Positions 46,256 to 56,812 of a stretch of 64,000 nt of DNA are shown here, piece after piece. The position numbers and the translations under genes were made by a program. The notes under the pieces were generated by a model that was not told the origin of the DNA, searched no databases, and saw only the letters and a program-made list of their open reading frames with translations. The DNA comes from Kiritimatiellia bacterium. Lineage in GTDB: Bacteria; Verrucomicrobiota; Kiritimatiellia; RFP12; UBA1067. Position 1 is the stretch's first letter; each line of letters begins with the position of its first letter. The stretch spans positions 4,044-68,043 of the forward strand of contig JAFPUH010000001.1 of NCBI GenBank assembly GCA_017395505.1. The letters are read 5' to 3'.

Positions 46256-46384
46256 AAGTGCGTAGTATAGCACATTTATGCCATGGCGTAAAGTACGAAA
46301 CGTAAATTACGCCATCTGGCTTTGCGCTTTTTTGTGCGGCTTCTGCTAGCACAGCAAGGTAAAGATATGCTATAATATACGTCT

Positions 46385-46870
46385 ATGGCAGGGTTTCGCG
46401 TAGGCTTTGGCTACGACTCGCACCGCTTTGAGGCGGGGCGCAGGCTCGTATTGTGCGGAATCGAAATCGAGGGCGAAACGGGGCTCAAGGGCCATTCGGA
46501 TGCGGATGTCGTTCTGCATGCCGTGATCGACGCTCTTCTCGGCGCTGCGGCTCTCGGCGATATCGGCTCGCACTTTCCCGATACCGACGAGAAATGGCGC
46601 GGCGCAGATTCCGCCAAGCTGCTTTCGTCCGTCGTCGACGAGGTGTCTGCCGCCGGCTGGCGCGTAGGCAACGTCGATGTGACCGTCATCTGCGAGCGCC
46701 CGAAGCTGAGGCCCCATGTCGAGGCGATGCGCTTAAGGCTCGCCGGTCTCTTGCGCTGTCCCGTCGGCGGCGTTTCGCTCAAGGGCAAGACGAACGAGAA
46801 GATGGATGACGTCGGCGCCGGCGTCGGCATAGAGGTGCATGCGGCGTGTCTTTTGGAGGGGATAAAATAA
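46385..46870 (+). CDS. ispF: 2-C-methyl-D-erythritol 2,4-cyclodiphosphate synthase
   Basis: GYDSH, GHSDADV.LHA..DA.LGA..LGDIG.HFPD. Confidence 0.96.
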   Translation: MAGFRVGFGYDSHRFEAGRRLVLCGIEIEGETGLKGHSDADVVLHAVIDALLGAAALGDIGSHFPDTDEKWRGADSAKLLSSVVDEVSAAGWRVGNVDVTVICERPKLRPHVEAMRLRLAGLLRCPVGGVSLKGKTNEKMDDVGAGVGIEVHAACLLEGIK

Positions 46871-48318
46871 TGAGCTGGTTCATTGGCGGTATCGCGTTTC
46901 TGGTGTTTGGCTACCTCACATACGGCAGGTTCGTAGAGAAGGTGTTCGGTCCTGACGACCGCAAAACTCCGGCTGTCAGTTCGCCGGATGGAGTGGACGT
47001 CATACCGCTGCCGCAGTGGAAGAACCTCCTTATCCAGCTGCTCAACATCGCAGGCGTCGGCCCCGTGATCGGCGTCATTCTCGGCATAAAATTCGGCAAG
47101 ATCGCGCTTCTGATAATCCCCGTAGGCTGCATACTCATGGGCGCCGTCCACGACTTCGCCGTCGGCATGATGTCGCTCAGGATGGGCGGCGCCAACATGC
47201 CTAAGATCGTCAGCCGCTATCTCGGCGAGACGTATTCCAAGGTGTTCTCCGGAATGATGGTGCTGCTCCTCCTGCTCTGCGTTACGGTGTTCATCAACGT
47301 GCCGGCGAATCTCATCGACAAGATGATGTTCCCCGACATGTCCTTCTTCTGGTGGATTGTGTCGGCGATATTCGTCTACTACATTCTCGCGACGCTCTTT
47401 CCCGTCGATAAGGTCATCGGCCGCATCTACCCCCTCTTCGGCGCGCTTCTGGTAATCGGCTCGCTGGCGATCTCCGTCGCGCTAGTCATCGCCGGCTTCA
47501 AGGATCCCGCGATCCTCGACGACTGCGCCGGCTTCGCGAGCTTCCAGGCGAAGAATCCGCTCTTCCCCTGCCTCTTCGTCACTATCGCCTGCGGAATCAT
47601 CTCCGGCTTCCACGCGACCCAGAGTCCGATAGTCGCCCGCACGATGACGAGCGAGCGTCAGGCCCGCGCGACGTTCTACGGCATGATGGCGGCCGAGGGC
47701 GTGATCGCCATGATCTGGGCGGCGTCCGCGCTCGCCATCTACAACATCGCCCCCGACAACCTCAACCTCCCCGGCCCCGCCGTGCTCGGCAACATCGCCA
47801 CCCACTTCCTCGGCCCCTGGATGGGCGGCGTCACGGTGCTCGCGATCGTCGTTCTCGCCGTCACGAGCGGCGATACCGCCTTGCGCAGCTCCCGCCTCAG
47901 TGCCGGCGAGATGTTCAAGGTCGACCAGATAAACGTCGGCAGGCGCATCGCCACGTGCGTTCCGCTTATCGCCATCGTAACGCTTCTTCTCTGGTGGTCG
48001 AACATGAGCGCAAAGTCGTTCAACAACCTCTGGAACTATTTCGCGTGGGGCAACCAGGTGGTTTCGGCCACCTCGCTCATGGCGGCGACCGTCTGGCTCC
48101 TTAGAAGCGGACGCCGCTGGACCTCTCTCGTGACGCTTCTCCCGGGCGCGTTCATGACCGTCGTCGTCGCGTCGTTCATTCTCTGGACTCCCGGTACCGG
48201 CGGACAGCCCTGGGGCCTCGTCCCGGGCGGGCTTCCCCTTTGGATCTCAATCGTGGTCGGCGTGCTCGTCGCGGCCGGTTTCGCATTCTACGTCTTCAAG
48301 CGCAGCAGGAAGGACTGA
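46870..48318 (+). CDS. cstA: carbon starvation protein A family transporter
   Basis: LNIAGVGP, GAVHD, TIACG.ISGFHATQSP, TSGDTA.RS. Confidence 0.92.
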   Translation: MSWFIGGIAFLVFGYLTYGRFVEKVFGPDDRKTPAVSSPDGVDVIPLPQWKNLLIQLLNIAGVGPVIGVILGIKFGKIALLIIPVGCILMGAVHDFAVGMMSLRMGGANMPKIVSRYLGETYSKVFSGMMVLLLLLCVTVFINVPANLIDKMMFPDMSFFWWIVSAIFVYYILATLFPVDKVIGRIYPLFGALLVIGSLAISVALVIAGFKDPAILDDCAGFASFQAKNPLFPCLFVTIACGIISGFHATQSPIVARTMTSERQARATFYGMMAAEGVIAMIWAASALAIYNIAPDNLNLPGPAVLGNIATHFLGPWMGGVTVLAIVVLAVTSGDTALRSSRLSAGEMFKVDQINVGRRIATCVPLIAIVTLLLWWSNMSAKSFNNLWNYFAWGNQVVSATSLMAATVWLLRSGRRWTSLVTLLPGAFMTVVVASFILWTPGTGGQPWGLVPGGLPLWISIVVGVLVAAGFAFYVFKRSRKD

Positions 48319-48321
48319 CCT

Positions 48322-50373
48322 ATGAAGTACTACGGCGAGGATGTCTTCTCGGAGAAGGCGATTCTCAAGCACATGCCCAAGACCGTCGCGTCCAAGCTGA
48401 TCGCGACGATGCGTGAGGGCAAACCGCTCGATCCGTCGATCGCCGACGAGGTTGCCCACGGCATGAAGGATTGGGCGATCGAGAACGGCGCGACCCACTT
48501 CACCCACTGGTTCCAGCCCATGACCGGCGGAACCGCCGAGAAGCATGACGCCTTTCTCGAGCCTTGCGGACCCGCCCAGGCCGTGCAGCGCTTCTCCGGT
48601 AATAACCTGATCGGCGGCGAGACCGACGCCTCGTCTTTTCCCTCGGGCGGACTGCGCTCCACCTTCGAGGCGCGCGGCTACACGGCGTGGGACCCCACCA
48701 GCCCCGCTTTCATCAAGCGCCACGAGAACGGCGCGACGCTCTGCATACCGACTGCCTTCTGCGCCTACACCGGCGCCGCCCTCGACATGAAGACGCCTCT
48801 TCTCAGGTCGATACAGGCTGTGACGCGCGCGACCGAGCGCCTGATGAAGAAGTTCAAGAAGCCGAAGGCCCACGTCTCGATAACCCTCGGCGCCGAGCAG
48901 GAGTATTTCCTCATCGAGCGCTCGTTCTACCTGAAGCGCCCCGACCTGCTGCAGACCGGTCGCACCGTCTTCGGCGCGGCCCCCGCGAAGCATCAGCAGC
49001 TCGACGACCACTACTTCGGCGCGATCAGGCCGAGGATAATCAAGTTCATGTCTGAGGTCGAGGAGCGTCTCTGGAAGCTCGGCATACCTGCCAAGACGCG
49101 CCATAACGAGGTCGCGCCGGCCCAGTTCGAGCTCGCCCCGATGTTCGAGGATCTAAACCTCGCCGTCGACCACAACATGCTGATAATGGAGGTGCTTCGC
49201 CAGACGGCCGAGGCCAACGGACTCGTCTGCCTGCTGCACGAAAAGCCTTTCGAGGGCGTCAACGGATCGGGCAAGCACTGCAACTGGTCCATCGCCTATG
49301 GCGGCCGCAACCTGCTTTCGCCCGGCGACAACCCCCGCGACAATGCGATCTTCCTTACGTTCCTCTCGGCCGTCATCCGCGCGGTCGACCTTCACTCCGA
49401 CCTGCTCCGCATGTCCACCGCCGGCGCCGGCAACGACCATCGTCTCGGTGCCCACGAGGCGCCGCCCGCCATAATCTCGATCTTCCTCGGCGACGAGCTT
49501 TCCGCCGTCATGAAGGAGATAGAGACCGGCCACGCCGAGAAGAAGACTGGGCGTACCGCGATGAAGATCGGCGTCGATACCATGCCGCCGATTCCTCGCG
49601 ACGCCACCGACCGCAACCGCACCTCTCCCTTTGCGTTCACCGGCAACAAGTTCGAGTTCCGCGCCCCCGGCTCGTCGCAGAACTGCGCACTGAGCCAGAT
49701 GGTGCTCAACACCATCGTCGCCGAATCCATCGACGCGATCTGCGACAAGCTGGATGCCGCCGGCGGCGACTTCAACGAGGAGCTTCAGAAGCTTCTGCAG
49801 CGCCTCATCCGCAAGCATAAGCGCATCCTCTTCTCCGGCGACGGCTATGGACAGGAGTGGCCGAAGGAGGCCGAGGCCCGCGGCCTGCCCAACCTGCGCA
49901 CCACCCTCGAGGCGATATCTCCGCTTGAGAATGCGGCGAACATCGCGCTCTTCTCGAAGTACGGCGTGCTGAGCGAAGGCGAGATGGCCAGCCGTCACGA
50001 AATCGCCGCCGCCGACTACTCGAGCCGCATACTCATCGAAGGCAAGGTCGCCCTCGAGATCGCGAGGTCTATGATAAGGCCTGTCGTTGCAGACGAGTTC
50101 AGCCGCCTTGCGACTGCCATCGGACGCGCCACGCGCGACGGACTCAAGGTCGGAATCGCCGGTCTGCGCGCCCTCTCCCTGAAGCTTGGCGCCGGCCTCG
50201 ACGACCTGCACGTCAAGTGCGAGAAGATCGAGAAGGCGATCGCCAAAGGCTCGCCCGTCGCCATACTCCGCGAGATGGAGTCGCTGAGGAAGACGGTTGA
50301 CAAGCTCGAGACCCTCGTCGACGACGGCAAGTGGCCGCTTCCCAAATACCGCGAAATGCTGTTCATCTACTGA
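48322..50373 (+). CDS. glutamine synthetase type III
   Basis: [61 protein letters not shown]. Confidence 0.95.
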   Translation: MKYYGEDVFSEKAILKHMPKTVASKLIATMREGKPLDPSIADEVAHGMKDWAIENGATHFTHWFQPMTGGTAEKHDAFLEPCGPAQAVQRFSGNNLIGGETDASSFPSGGLRSTFEARGYTAWDPTSPAFIKRHENGATLCIPTAFCAYTGAALDMKTPLLRSIQAVTRATERLMKKFKKPKAHVSITLGAEQEYFLIERSFYLKRPDLLQTGRTVFGAAPAKHQQLDDHYFGAIRPRIIKFMSEVEERLWKLGIPAKTRHNEVAPAQFELAPMFEDLNLAVDHNMLIMEVLRQTAEANGLVCLLHEKPFEGVNGSGKHCNWSIAYGGRNLLSPGDNPRDNAIFLTFLSAVIRAVDLHSDLLRMSTAGAGNDHRLGAHEAPPAIISIFLGDELSAVMKEIETGHAEKKTGRTAMKIGVDTMPPIPRDATDRNRTSPFAFTGNKFEFRAPGSSQNCALSQMVLNTIVAESIDAICDKLDAAGGDFNEELQKLLQRLIRKHKRILFSGDGYGQEWPKEAEARGLPNLRTTLEAISPLENAANIALFSKYGVLSEGEMASRHEIAAADYSSRILIEGKVALEIARSMIRPVVADEFSRLATAIGRATRDGLKVGIAGLRALSLKLGAGLDDLHVKCEKIEKAIAKGSPVAILREMESLRKTVDKLETLVDDGKWPLPKYREMLFIY

Positions 50374-50384
50374 GGAGGGTCGAC

Positions 50385-50972
50385 GTGAAGAAAGCCGAGA
50401 AGAAGACGTCCGTTTTCGTCCCTGACGAACAGAAGATCGCCTCGCTTGTGCGCCAGCTCCTCGTGGAGCTCGGCGAAGATCCCGAGCGCGACGGACTCAA
50501 GAAGACGCCCGCTCGAGTCGCCAAGGCTATGGCCTTCCTTACGCGCGGCTACCGCCAGAACATGAAGAGCGTCATAAACGGCGCGTACTTCAAGAGCGGC
50601 ACGAACCACATGGTGATCCTGAAGGATATCGAGCTCTATTCCCTTTGCGAGCACCACATGCTGCCTTTCTACGGCAAGTGCTCGATAGGCTACATCTCGA
50701 AGGGAAAGGTTCTCGGCGTCTCGAAGCTCGCCCGAATCGTCGACATGTTCGCCCGCCGCCTCCAGATACAGGAGCGCCTGACCGAGGAGATCGCGACCGC
50801 CGTAATGAAGGAGGTCGGTGCCGAGGGAGTAGGCGTGGTCATACACGCCAAACACCTCTGCATGATGATGCGCGGCGTGGAGAAGCAGAACAGCGAGATG
50901 ACGACTTCTGCGGTGCTGGGCTCGTTCCGCAGCGACGAGAAGGTGCGGCAGGAGTTCCTTTCGCTCATATGA
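50385..50972 (+). CDS. folE: GTP cyclohydrolase I
   Basis: [32 protein letters not shown]. Confidence 0.96.
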   Translation: MKKAEKKTSVFVPDEQKIASLVRQLLVELGEDPERDGLKKTPARVAKAMAFLTRGYRQNMKSVINGAYFKSGTNHMVILKDIELYSLCEHHMLPFYGKCSIGYISKGKVLGVSKLARIVDMFARRLQIQERLTEEIATAVMKEVGAEGVGVVIHAKHLCMMMRGVEKQNSEMTTSAVLGSFRSDEKVRQEFLSLI

Positions 50973-51898
50973 CGAAAGCGCCTCCATACGTAAACGAAGA
51001 GGTCGCGACGCGCGACTTCAAGTACTACATCTTCGATTGGGACGACAACATACTTCACATGCCCACGAAGATTCGTATGGAGCACAAGGGCGAAGACGGC
51101 GAGTGGTCTCCCGTCGAGGTCTCGACTGCGACCTTCGCCATGATCAGAAGCGACGTCGAGCACTACCGTCCGCCGAAGGACGGCGGCTGGGACGCCGCCT
51201 TCCGCAATTTCGCCGACCAGCCGGGACGCAACACCTTCATCGAGGATACGATAACCGCCCTTGAGCGCATTGAGCACGGCGAGATTCCGGGTCCAAGCTA
51301 CAACGCTCTCAAGAAGACTCTGCGCGAAGGCCGAATCTTCGCCATCGTAACCGCCCGTGGCCACTCCCCCGAGACGATCGAAAAGGCCGTGCGCATCTTC
51401 ATCCGCTACGCCCTTACCGAGGATGAGCGCCAGCAGATGTTCTCGAACCTGCGCGGCTACCGAAAGTGCTTCGACGGCGTCACGGAGTTCGGCACCGACG
51501 CCGAGGAGCTTGACTACTACCTCGGCATGTGCCGCTATTCGGCCGTCACCCACGACCGCTTCAGGGAGCGCATGGAGGCCGATCCCATCTATCAGGAGAA
51601 GCTCGCCACCGCCACAAACGCCTCCAAGCCGGAGCTCGCGAAGGAGTTCGCGATACGCGATTTCGTCGAGCATATCTTCCATACGCTCCAGCGCAACGGA
51701 GGGCTTGGCCGCTCCGTTTCGATCGGCTTCTCCGACGACGACAAGGGTAACGTGAAGAGCGTGTCGAGCTACATCCGCCAGGAGCTCTCCAAGCGCTTCG
51801 ACGGAATCAAGTTCGTCGTCTACGATACTTCCGACCGCACGCTTTCGAAGGGACGCAAGGTGTGCGTCTCGGGCCAGCTCAACCTGCCGGGGTTCTGA
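50969..51898 (+). CDS. HAD-superfamily-like hypothetical protein
   Basis: FDWDDNI (DxD), IVTARGH, K, GFSDDD..N. Confidence 0.75.
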   Translation: MTKAPPYVNEEVATRDFKYYIFDWDDNILHMPTKIRMEHKGEDGEWSPVEVSTATFAMIRSDVEHYRPPKDGGWDAAFRNFADQPGRNTFIEDTITALERIEHGEIPGPSYNALKKTLREGRIFAIVTARGHSPETIEKAVRIFIRYALTEDERQQMFSNLRGYRKCFDGVTEFGTDAEELDYYLGMCRYSAVTHDRFRERMEADPIYQEKLATATNASKPELAKEFAIRDFVEHIFHTLQRNGGLGRSVSIGFSDDDKGNVKSVSSYIRQELSKRFDGIKFVVYDTSDRTLSKGRKVCVSGQLNLPGF

Positions 51899-51899
51899 C

Positions 51900-52625
51900 A
51901 TGGCTGAAGAGAGGCTACAGAACGTGCTTGCTCACGCCGGCGTCTCGTCGAGAAGGGGAGCCGCCGCGATCATCGAGTCTGGACGGGTCACCGTCGACGG
52001 CATCGTCGTCAAGGAGCCGGGCGCGAGGGTCGATCCGGCGTCCGCCTCGATATCGGTCGACGGTCGCCCCCTCTCCGCCCCCGAGCTCAAGCGCACGATA
52101 ATGCTATACAAGCCAGTCGGCGTGCTCTCGTCGATGTCCGATCCGTTCGGCGGCAGGACTGTCGCGGACCTCATACGCGGTAAAGTCGCCGAGCGCGTCG
52201 TGCCCGTCGGACGCCTCGACAAGGATAGCGAAGGCCTTCTTCTGATGTCCAACGACGGCGAGCTAACCCTCAAGCTCACCCATCCCCGCTACGACCACGA
52301 AAAGACATACGAGGTCAGGGTCGCGGGACGCTGGAGCGACGACAAACTTCGCATTTTGCGCTCTGCCGTCAAGATGCCGGACGGCTATGTGATACGCCCC
52401 GTGCCTGTCGATGTCGTCGACGTCGGCCGCGACAATGTGCACCTCCTGCGCTTCAGGCTTCGCGAGGGACGCAAGCGCCAGATCCGCTACATGTGCAGCG
52501 CGGCCCATCTCGTCGTGCTGTCGCTAAAGCGCGTCGCCATCGGCTCGCTCGCCCTGCCCGCCGATCTGAAGCCCGGCGAATGGCGCGACCTCACAAGGGA
52601 GGAGTCGGATGGCCTTCTTCGTTGA
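51900..52625 (+). CDS. RsuA/RluB-family pseudouridine synthase
   Basis: S4 domain, PVGRLDKDSEGLLL, EGRKRQIR.M. Confidence 0.93.
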   Translation: MAEERLQNVLAHAGVSSRRGAAAIIESGRVTVDGIVVKEPGARVDPASASISVDGRPLSAPELKRTIMLYKPVGVLSSMSDPFGGRTVADLIRGKVAERVVPVGRLDKDSEGLLLMSNDGELTLKLTHPRYDHEKTYEVRVAGRWSDDKLRILRSAVKMPDGYVIRPVPVDVVDVGRDNVHLLRFRLREGRKRQIRYMCSAAHLVVLSLKRVAIGSLALPADLKPGEWRDLTREESDGLLR

Positions 52626-52899
52626 GACCCCCGACGGCATCGTCCTCAATGTCAAGGCTCAGCCGCGTTCATCCAAGGCTGGAGTCGATGGTCTCCTCGG
52701 CGACGCCGTCAAGGTTCGAATCCGTTGCGCCCCTGTCGACGGCAAAGCCAACAAGGAACTGGTCGAGACTCTCGCGGACGCCTTTGGCCTGCCCAAGTCG
52801 TCCGTCGTCTTCAAAAGCGGCGAGACCTCCAAGACGAAGCGCATCCTGCTGCGCGGCTTCGTCGACGCCGCCGCCGTCAGAAAGGTGTGTGGCGCATGA
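52609..52899 (+). CDS. DUF167 family protein
   Basis: APVDGKAN.EL, GETSK.K. Confidence 0.9.
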   Translation: MAFFVETPDGIVLNVKAQPRSSKAGVDGLLGDAVKVRIRCAPVDGKANKELVETLADAFGLPKSSVVFKSGETSKTKRILLRGFVDAAAVRKVCGA

Positions 52900-53441
52900 G
52901 GCTCGTGAAGTGCGATGACGCCGGCCTCGCCGAGACTGCCGCCGTGCTCAACTCCGGCGGCGTCGCCGTGATACCGACCGACACGGTCTACGGACTCGCC
53001 GCCCACCCTGCTTTCCCGTCCGCAGTCGACCGCCTTTATTCCATAAAGTCCCGTGAGGCCGCGAAGCCGATCGCGCTTCTTGCGTCCGATTACGAACACG
53101 CCGAAGCCTTCGTGGGCGGCTTTCCCGATTGCGCCAAGGCCCTGACCAGCCATTGGCCCGGCGGCTTGACGATCGTCGTGAATGGCGAGGGACTCCGCGT
53201 GCCGGACCACCCCTGGACCCGTCGCCTGATCTCCGCCTGCGGCGGAACGCTGCGCGTTACGAGCGCGAACCTCTCCGGCCGGCGCCCCGCGACAGATGCG
53301 CCCGCGGCCCTGGCAGACGTCGGCCTATCCGCCGATGTCGTTGTCGACGATGGCGTCAGCCCTGGCGGGGTGCCCTCCACTGTCGTCAGGGTGTCCGGCG
53401 AAAAGATCGAAATCTTAAGGCAAGGAGCTATCGAGATATGA
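52896..53441 (+). CDS. tsaC: threonylcarbamoyl-AMP synthase (Sua5/YrdC)
   Basis: PTDTVYGL, K.R...KP, WPG.LT, TSANLSG. Confidence 0.92.
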   Translation: MRLVKCDDAGLAETAAVLNSGGVAVIPTDTVYGLAAHPAFPSAVDRLYSIKSREAAKPIALLASDYEHAEAFVGGFPDCAKALTSHWPGGLTIVVNGEGLRVPDHPWTRRLISACGGTLRVTSANLSGRRPATDAPAALADVGLSADVVVDDGVSPGGVPSTVVRVSGEKIEILRQGAIEI

Positions 53442-53851
53442 CTACAGTCACAAAGTCCGTAAAGTTCGACGCGGCCCACATACTGACGAACCATCAGGGA
53501 CTCTGCAAGAACCTTCATGGCCACACGTATCGCGTCGATGTCTCTGTCACCCAGCCGGACGACGATCCCCGCGACATGGTCATCGACTTCAAGGACCTCA
53601 AGTCCGTCGCGACCTCCGTCATCTGCGACCGCTTCGACCATGCCTTCATCTATTCCACCGCCAGCGAAGGCGAGCGCGAGATCGCCTCCGTCGTTGAGAA
53701 GCACGGCATGCGAACCGTCGCCCTGCCTTTTCGCTCCACGGCCGAGAACCTCGCCCGCTACTTCTTCGGCGAGCTGAAGCCGCGAATCCCCGGCCTCGTG
53801 TCCGTAAAGGTCTGGGAGACCGCCGACAGCTGTGCGGAGTTCTGCGAATGA
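53438..53851 (+). CDS. queD: 6-carboxytetrahydropterin synthase
   Basis: FDAAH, C.NLHGHTY, DF..LK, FDH, TAENLA, VWET. Confidence 0.93.
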   Translation: MTTVTKSVKFDAAHILTNHQGLCKNLHGHTYRVDVSVTQPDDDPRDMVIDFKDLKSVATSVICDRFDHAFIYSTASEGEREIASVVEKHGMRTVALPFRSTAENLARYFFGELKPRIPGLVSVKVWETADSCAEFCE

Positions 53852-54513
53852 AGGCGGTTGTCGTTCTATCCGGCGGACAGGACAGCGCGATCGCCCTCGC
53901 CTTGGCCGTGCGCAGATATGGCGCCGGCGAGGTGGCCGCCATGACCTTCGAGTATGGACAGCGCCACGCGCTCGAGACGAAGTTCGCCCGCTCGCTCGCC
54001 CGCCGCTTCAAGATCGCCGCCCACAAGATCGTCCGCCTCGACTTCTACCGTCACCTCACCAGCAACGCCCTGATGTCGAAGGACGCCCCAATCGAACGCA
54101 AGGCCGGCTCGAAGTGTCCCACTACCGTCGTCGAGGGACGCAACGCCTTCTTCCTCTTGGCGGCCTCGGTCTGGGCCAAGGAGCTCGGCGCGCGGCTTGT
54201 CTACACCGGCGTGTCCGAGGCGGACTTCTCGGGCTACCCCGACTGCCGCGAAGCCTTCATCAAGGCGCAGCAGAAGGCGATTCGCCTCGCCCTCGACTGC
54301 GACATCCGGATCGTCACGCCCTTCATGCACATGACGAAGGCCGACGAGTGGGCCCTCGCGGACGATCTCGGCATCTTCGACGTCATCGACAACCATACCC
54401 TCACGTGCTACAACGGCGTTCCGGGCAAGGGCTGCGGCGAGTGCCCCGCTTGCCTCCTGCGCAACCGTGGACGCTCCGAATACCTCGCCCGCCGCGGGAA
54501 GGGGACGCGATGA
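53848..54513 (+). CDS. queC: 7-cyano-7-deazaguanine synthase
   Basis: SGGQDS, YGQRH, GYPDCR, TCYNG...GCGECPAC.LR. Confidence 0.95.
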   Translation: MKAVVVLSGGQDSAIALALAVRRYGAGEVAAMTFEYGQRHALETKFARSLARRFKIAAHKIVRLDFYRHLTSNALMSKDAPIERKAGSKCPTTVVEGRNAFFLLAASVWAKELGARLVYTGVSEADFSGYPDCREAFIKAQQKAIRLALDCDIRIVTPFMHMTKADEWALADDLGIFDVIDNHTLTCYNGVPGKGCGECPACLLRNRGRSEYLARRGKGTR

Positions 54514-55061
54514 GGATCACCAGCGGAGAGCTGGGCGGCCGCACCCTCGCCGTGCCGAAGACCGGTGCCATACGCCCTACCCAAGACCGCGTTCGCGAGG
54601 CCCTGTTCTCCATGCTCCAGTGCGAGGTTCCCGGCTCCGCGTTCCTCGACCTCTTCGCCGGCACAGGCGCCGTCGGCCTCGAGGCCCTCTCCCGTGGAGC
54701 GTCGAGGGCAACCTTCGTCGAGCTATCCCCGAATCATGTCGACGTGCTTCGCCGTAACGTCGAGACCTTCCGCAAATCGTCCGTCGCCGAAATCGTCCGC
54801 TCCGACGCCTACCGCTACCTGGCCTCCTACTCCGGCCCCGGCTTCGACATTGCCTTCGCCGATCCGCCCTACGCCCTGGGCGAGGAGCGCGGCTACGCCT
54901 CGGTGCTCGCGACCCTCGCTGAAAGGGGCGTCGTCAAGCCCGGTGGACTCTTCATCGCCGAGATGACGTCCGTCCAGCGCTCCGAGGCCACTCCCGGCTG
55001 GGAGCTCTTGAGAGACCGCACCTACGGCAAGACCCGCCTCTGCGTCTGGCGCCGCGTCTGA
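54510..55061 (+). CDS. rsmD: 16S rRNA m2G966 methyltransferase
   Basis: MRI.SG, RPT..RVREALF, LDLFAGTG..GLEALSRGA, DPPY. Confidence 0.93.
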   Translation: MRITSGELGGRTLAVPKTGAIRPTQDRVREALFSMLQCEVPGSAFLDLFAGTGAVGLEALSRGASRATFVELSPNHVDVLRRNVETFRKSSVAEIVRSDAYRYLASYSGPGFDIAFADPPYALGEERGYASVLATLAERGVVKPGGLFIAEMTSVQRSEATPGWELLRDRTYGKTRLCVWRRV

Positions 55062-55111
55062 GGCCAGCACTTGCAATAATTGCAATATTGCGCTATAATA
55101 CAGTCACAACA

Positions 55112-56782
55112 ATGACAAGCAACGACGAATATGTGCTTCAGCTGCTGACCGAGCGCGGGTTCCTGACCCCCGAGCAGATAGATGCGGCTTCGAAGTCGAT
55201 GAAGGCCGAAAACGAGACTACGCTCGACGTGCTCGTTTCGGGCGGTACGATTGGCGAAGACGAGGTTCTGGGCACTGTGGCCGACCAGTTCGGCCTCAAG
55301 TACTGCCACGTCAACGCGGAGGCCATCAACCCCGAGATCGTCAAGGAGATCCCGGCCGAGATCGCCAAGAAATACGGCGTCGTGCCTGTCGTGGCTGACG
55401 AGTACGCCATAACCGTCGCGCTTTCCGATCCGATGGGCTACGACGCCATCGACTCGCTCAGATATGTCCTGCACGGGCGCGACGTCGAGGCCGTAGTCTC
55501 GCCGAAGAGCGAGGTGATGGCCGCGATGGCCAAGCTCTACGAGGGCGGCGAAGATGCCGCCGACGTCCAGACCCGCGACGAGTTCGCCGACCTCAACGCC
55601 GACGCCACCGGCGACGACGCCCCCGTCGTCAAGCTCGCCACGATGCTCATCGTCAACGGCATCAAGATGAAGGCTTCAGATATACATCTCGAGCCGATGG
55701 AGAAGGAGTTCCGCGTACGCTACAGAATCGACGGCGCCCTCAGAAAGATGGATTCGCCCCCCAAGCGCCTTCAGGGCGCGATCATCTCGCGAATCAAGAT
55801 CATGTCGAAGATGAAGATCTCCGAGAAGCGCATTCCGCAGGACGGGCGAATACAGATCAACGTCAACGGCAAGGACCTCGACCTCCGTGTCTCGACGGTG
55901 CCCACGAACCACGGCGAATCGATCGTCATGCGTGTGCTCGACAAGTCGAACCTCGCGCTCGGCCTGCCGCAGCTCGGATTTCTCTCCGACGACCAGACGA
56001 CCTTCGAGCGTCTCATAAAGCTGCCTGACGGCGTCGTGCTCGTCACCGGCCCCACGGGCTCCGGCAAGACCACTACCCTCTACGCCTGTCTCGGCCAGAT
56101 CAACACTCCCGACAAGAAGCTCATCACCGTCGAAGACCCTGTCGAATACCAGATGAGCGGTATCAACCAGGTGCAGGTCAACAAGGATGTCGGCCTCGAC
56201 TTCTCGGCGGCCCTGCGCTCGATTCTCCGCCAGGCGCCGAACATCGTCATGATCGGCGAGATCCGCGATGCCGAGACCGCCGACATCGCGATGGAGGCCG
56301 CCCTCACGGGCCACCTCGTGTTCTCGACCCTCCACACCAACGACGCTCCCTCGGCCGTTACGCGTCTTCTCGATATCGGCGTCAAGCCGTTCCTCGTCGC
56401 CTCGGCCCTCCGTGCCGCGATGGCCCAGCGTCTCGTCCGTGCGATCTGCGAGCAGTGCCGCGAGGCCTATACGCCGACCGACCGCGAGCTGAAGATGCTC
56501 GGGCAGTTCTCTTCGACCCTGCCCGACAAGATGTACCACGGCGCCGGATGCGACCGCTGCGGCAAGAGCGGCTACAAGGGGCGAAAGGGCATCTTCGAGA
56601 TCTTCAAGGTCGACGACGCCATCCAGCGCCTCATCTTCGACCATGCCCCCGCGACGCTCCTCAGGCAGCGCGCCCGCGAGATGGGTATGCGCACCCTGCG
56701 TGAGGACGGTATGCTCAAGGTCGCCAACGGCATGACCTCGCTCTCCGAGATTCTGCGCGTTACGATGGGTGATGCCGACTGA
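55112..56782 (+). CDS. PilB/GspE assembly ATPase (copy 1)
   Basis: ASDIH.EP, PQDGR, TGPTGSGKTTT, TVEDPVE, GEIRD, LHTND, tetracysteine motif. Confidence 0.94.
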   Translation: MTSNDEYVLQLLTERGFLTPEQIDAASKSMKAENETTLDVLVSGGTIGEDEVLGTVADQFGLKYCHVNAEAINPEIVKEIPAEIAKKYGVVPVVADEYAITVALSDPMGYDAIDSLRYVLHGRDVEAVVSPKSEVMAAMAKLYEGGEDAADVQTRDEFADLNADATGDDAPVVKLATMLIVNGIKMKASDIHLEPMEKEFRVRYRIDGALRKMDSPPKRLQGAIISRIKIMSKMKISEKRIPQDGRIQINVNGKDLDLRVSTVPTNHGESIVMRVLDKSNLALGLPQLGFLSDDQTTFERLIKLPDGVVLVTGPTGSGKTTTLYACLGQINTPDKKLITVEDPVEYQMSGINQVQVNKDVGLDFSAALRSILRQAPNIVMIGEIRDAETADIAMEAALTGHLVFSTLHTNDAPSAVTRLLDIGVKPFLVASALRAAMAQRLVRAICEQCREAYTPTDRELKMLGQFSSTLPDKMYHGAGCDRCGKSGYKGRKGIFEIFKVDDAIQRLIFDHAPATLLRQRAREMGMRTLREDGMLKVANGMTSLSEILRVTMGDAD

Positions 56783-56812
56783 GGCACGACAACTTAAAAG
56801 AGGAGTACGACA

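Noticed and set aside
46340-46358. CTTCTGCTAGCACAGCAAG, resembling the inversion site, at the right edge of the island
   Set aside because: It needs an insertion in the core and has mismatched arms, so chance cannot be excluded. Not counted as a third site.
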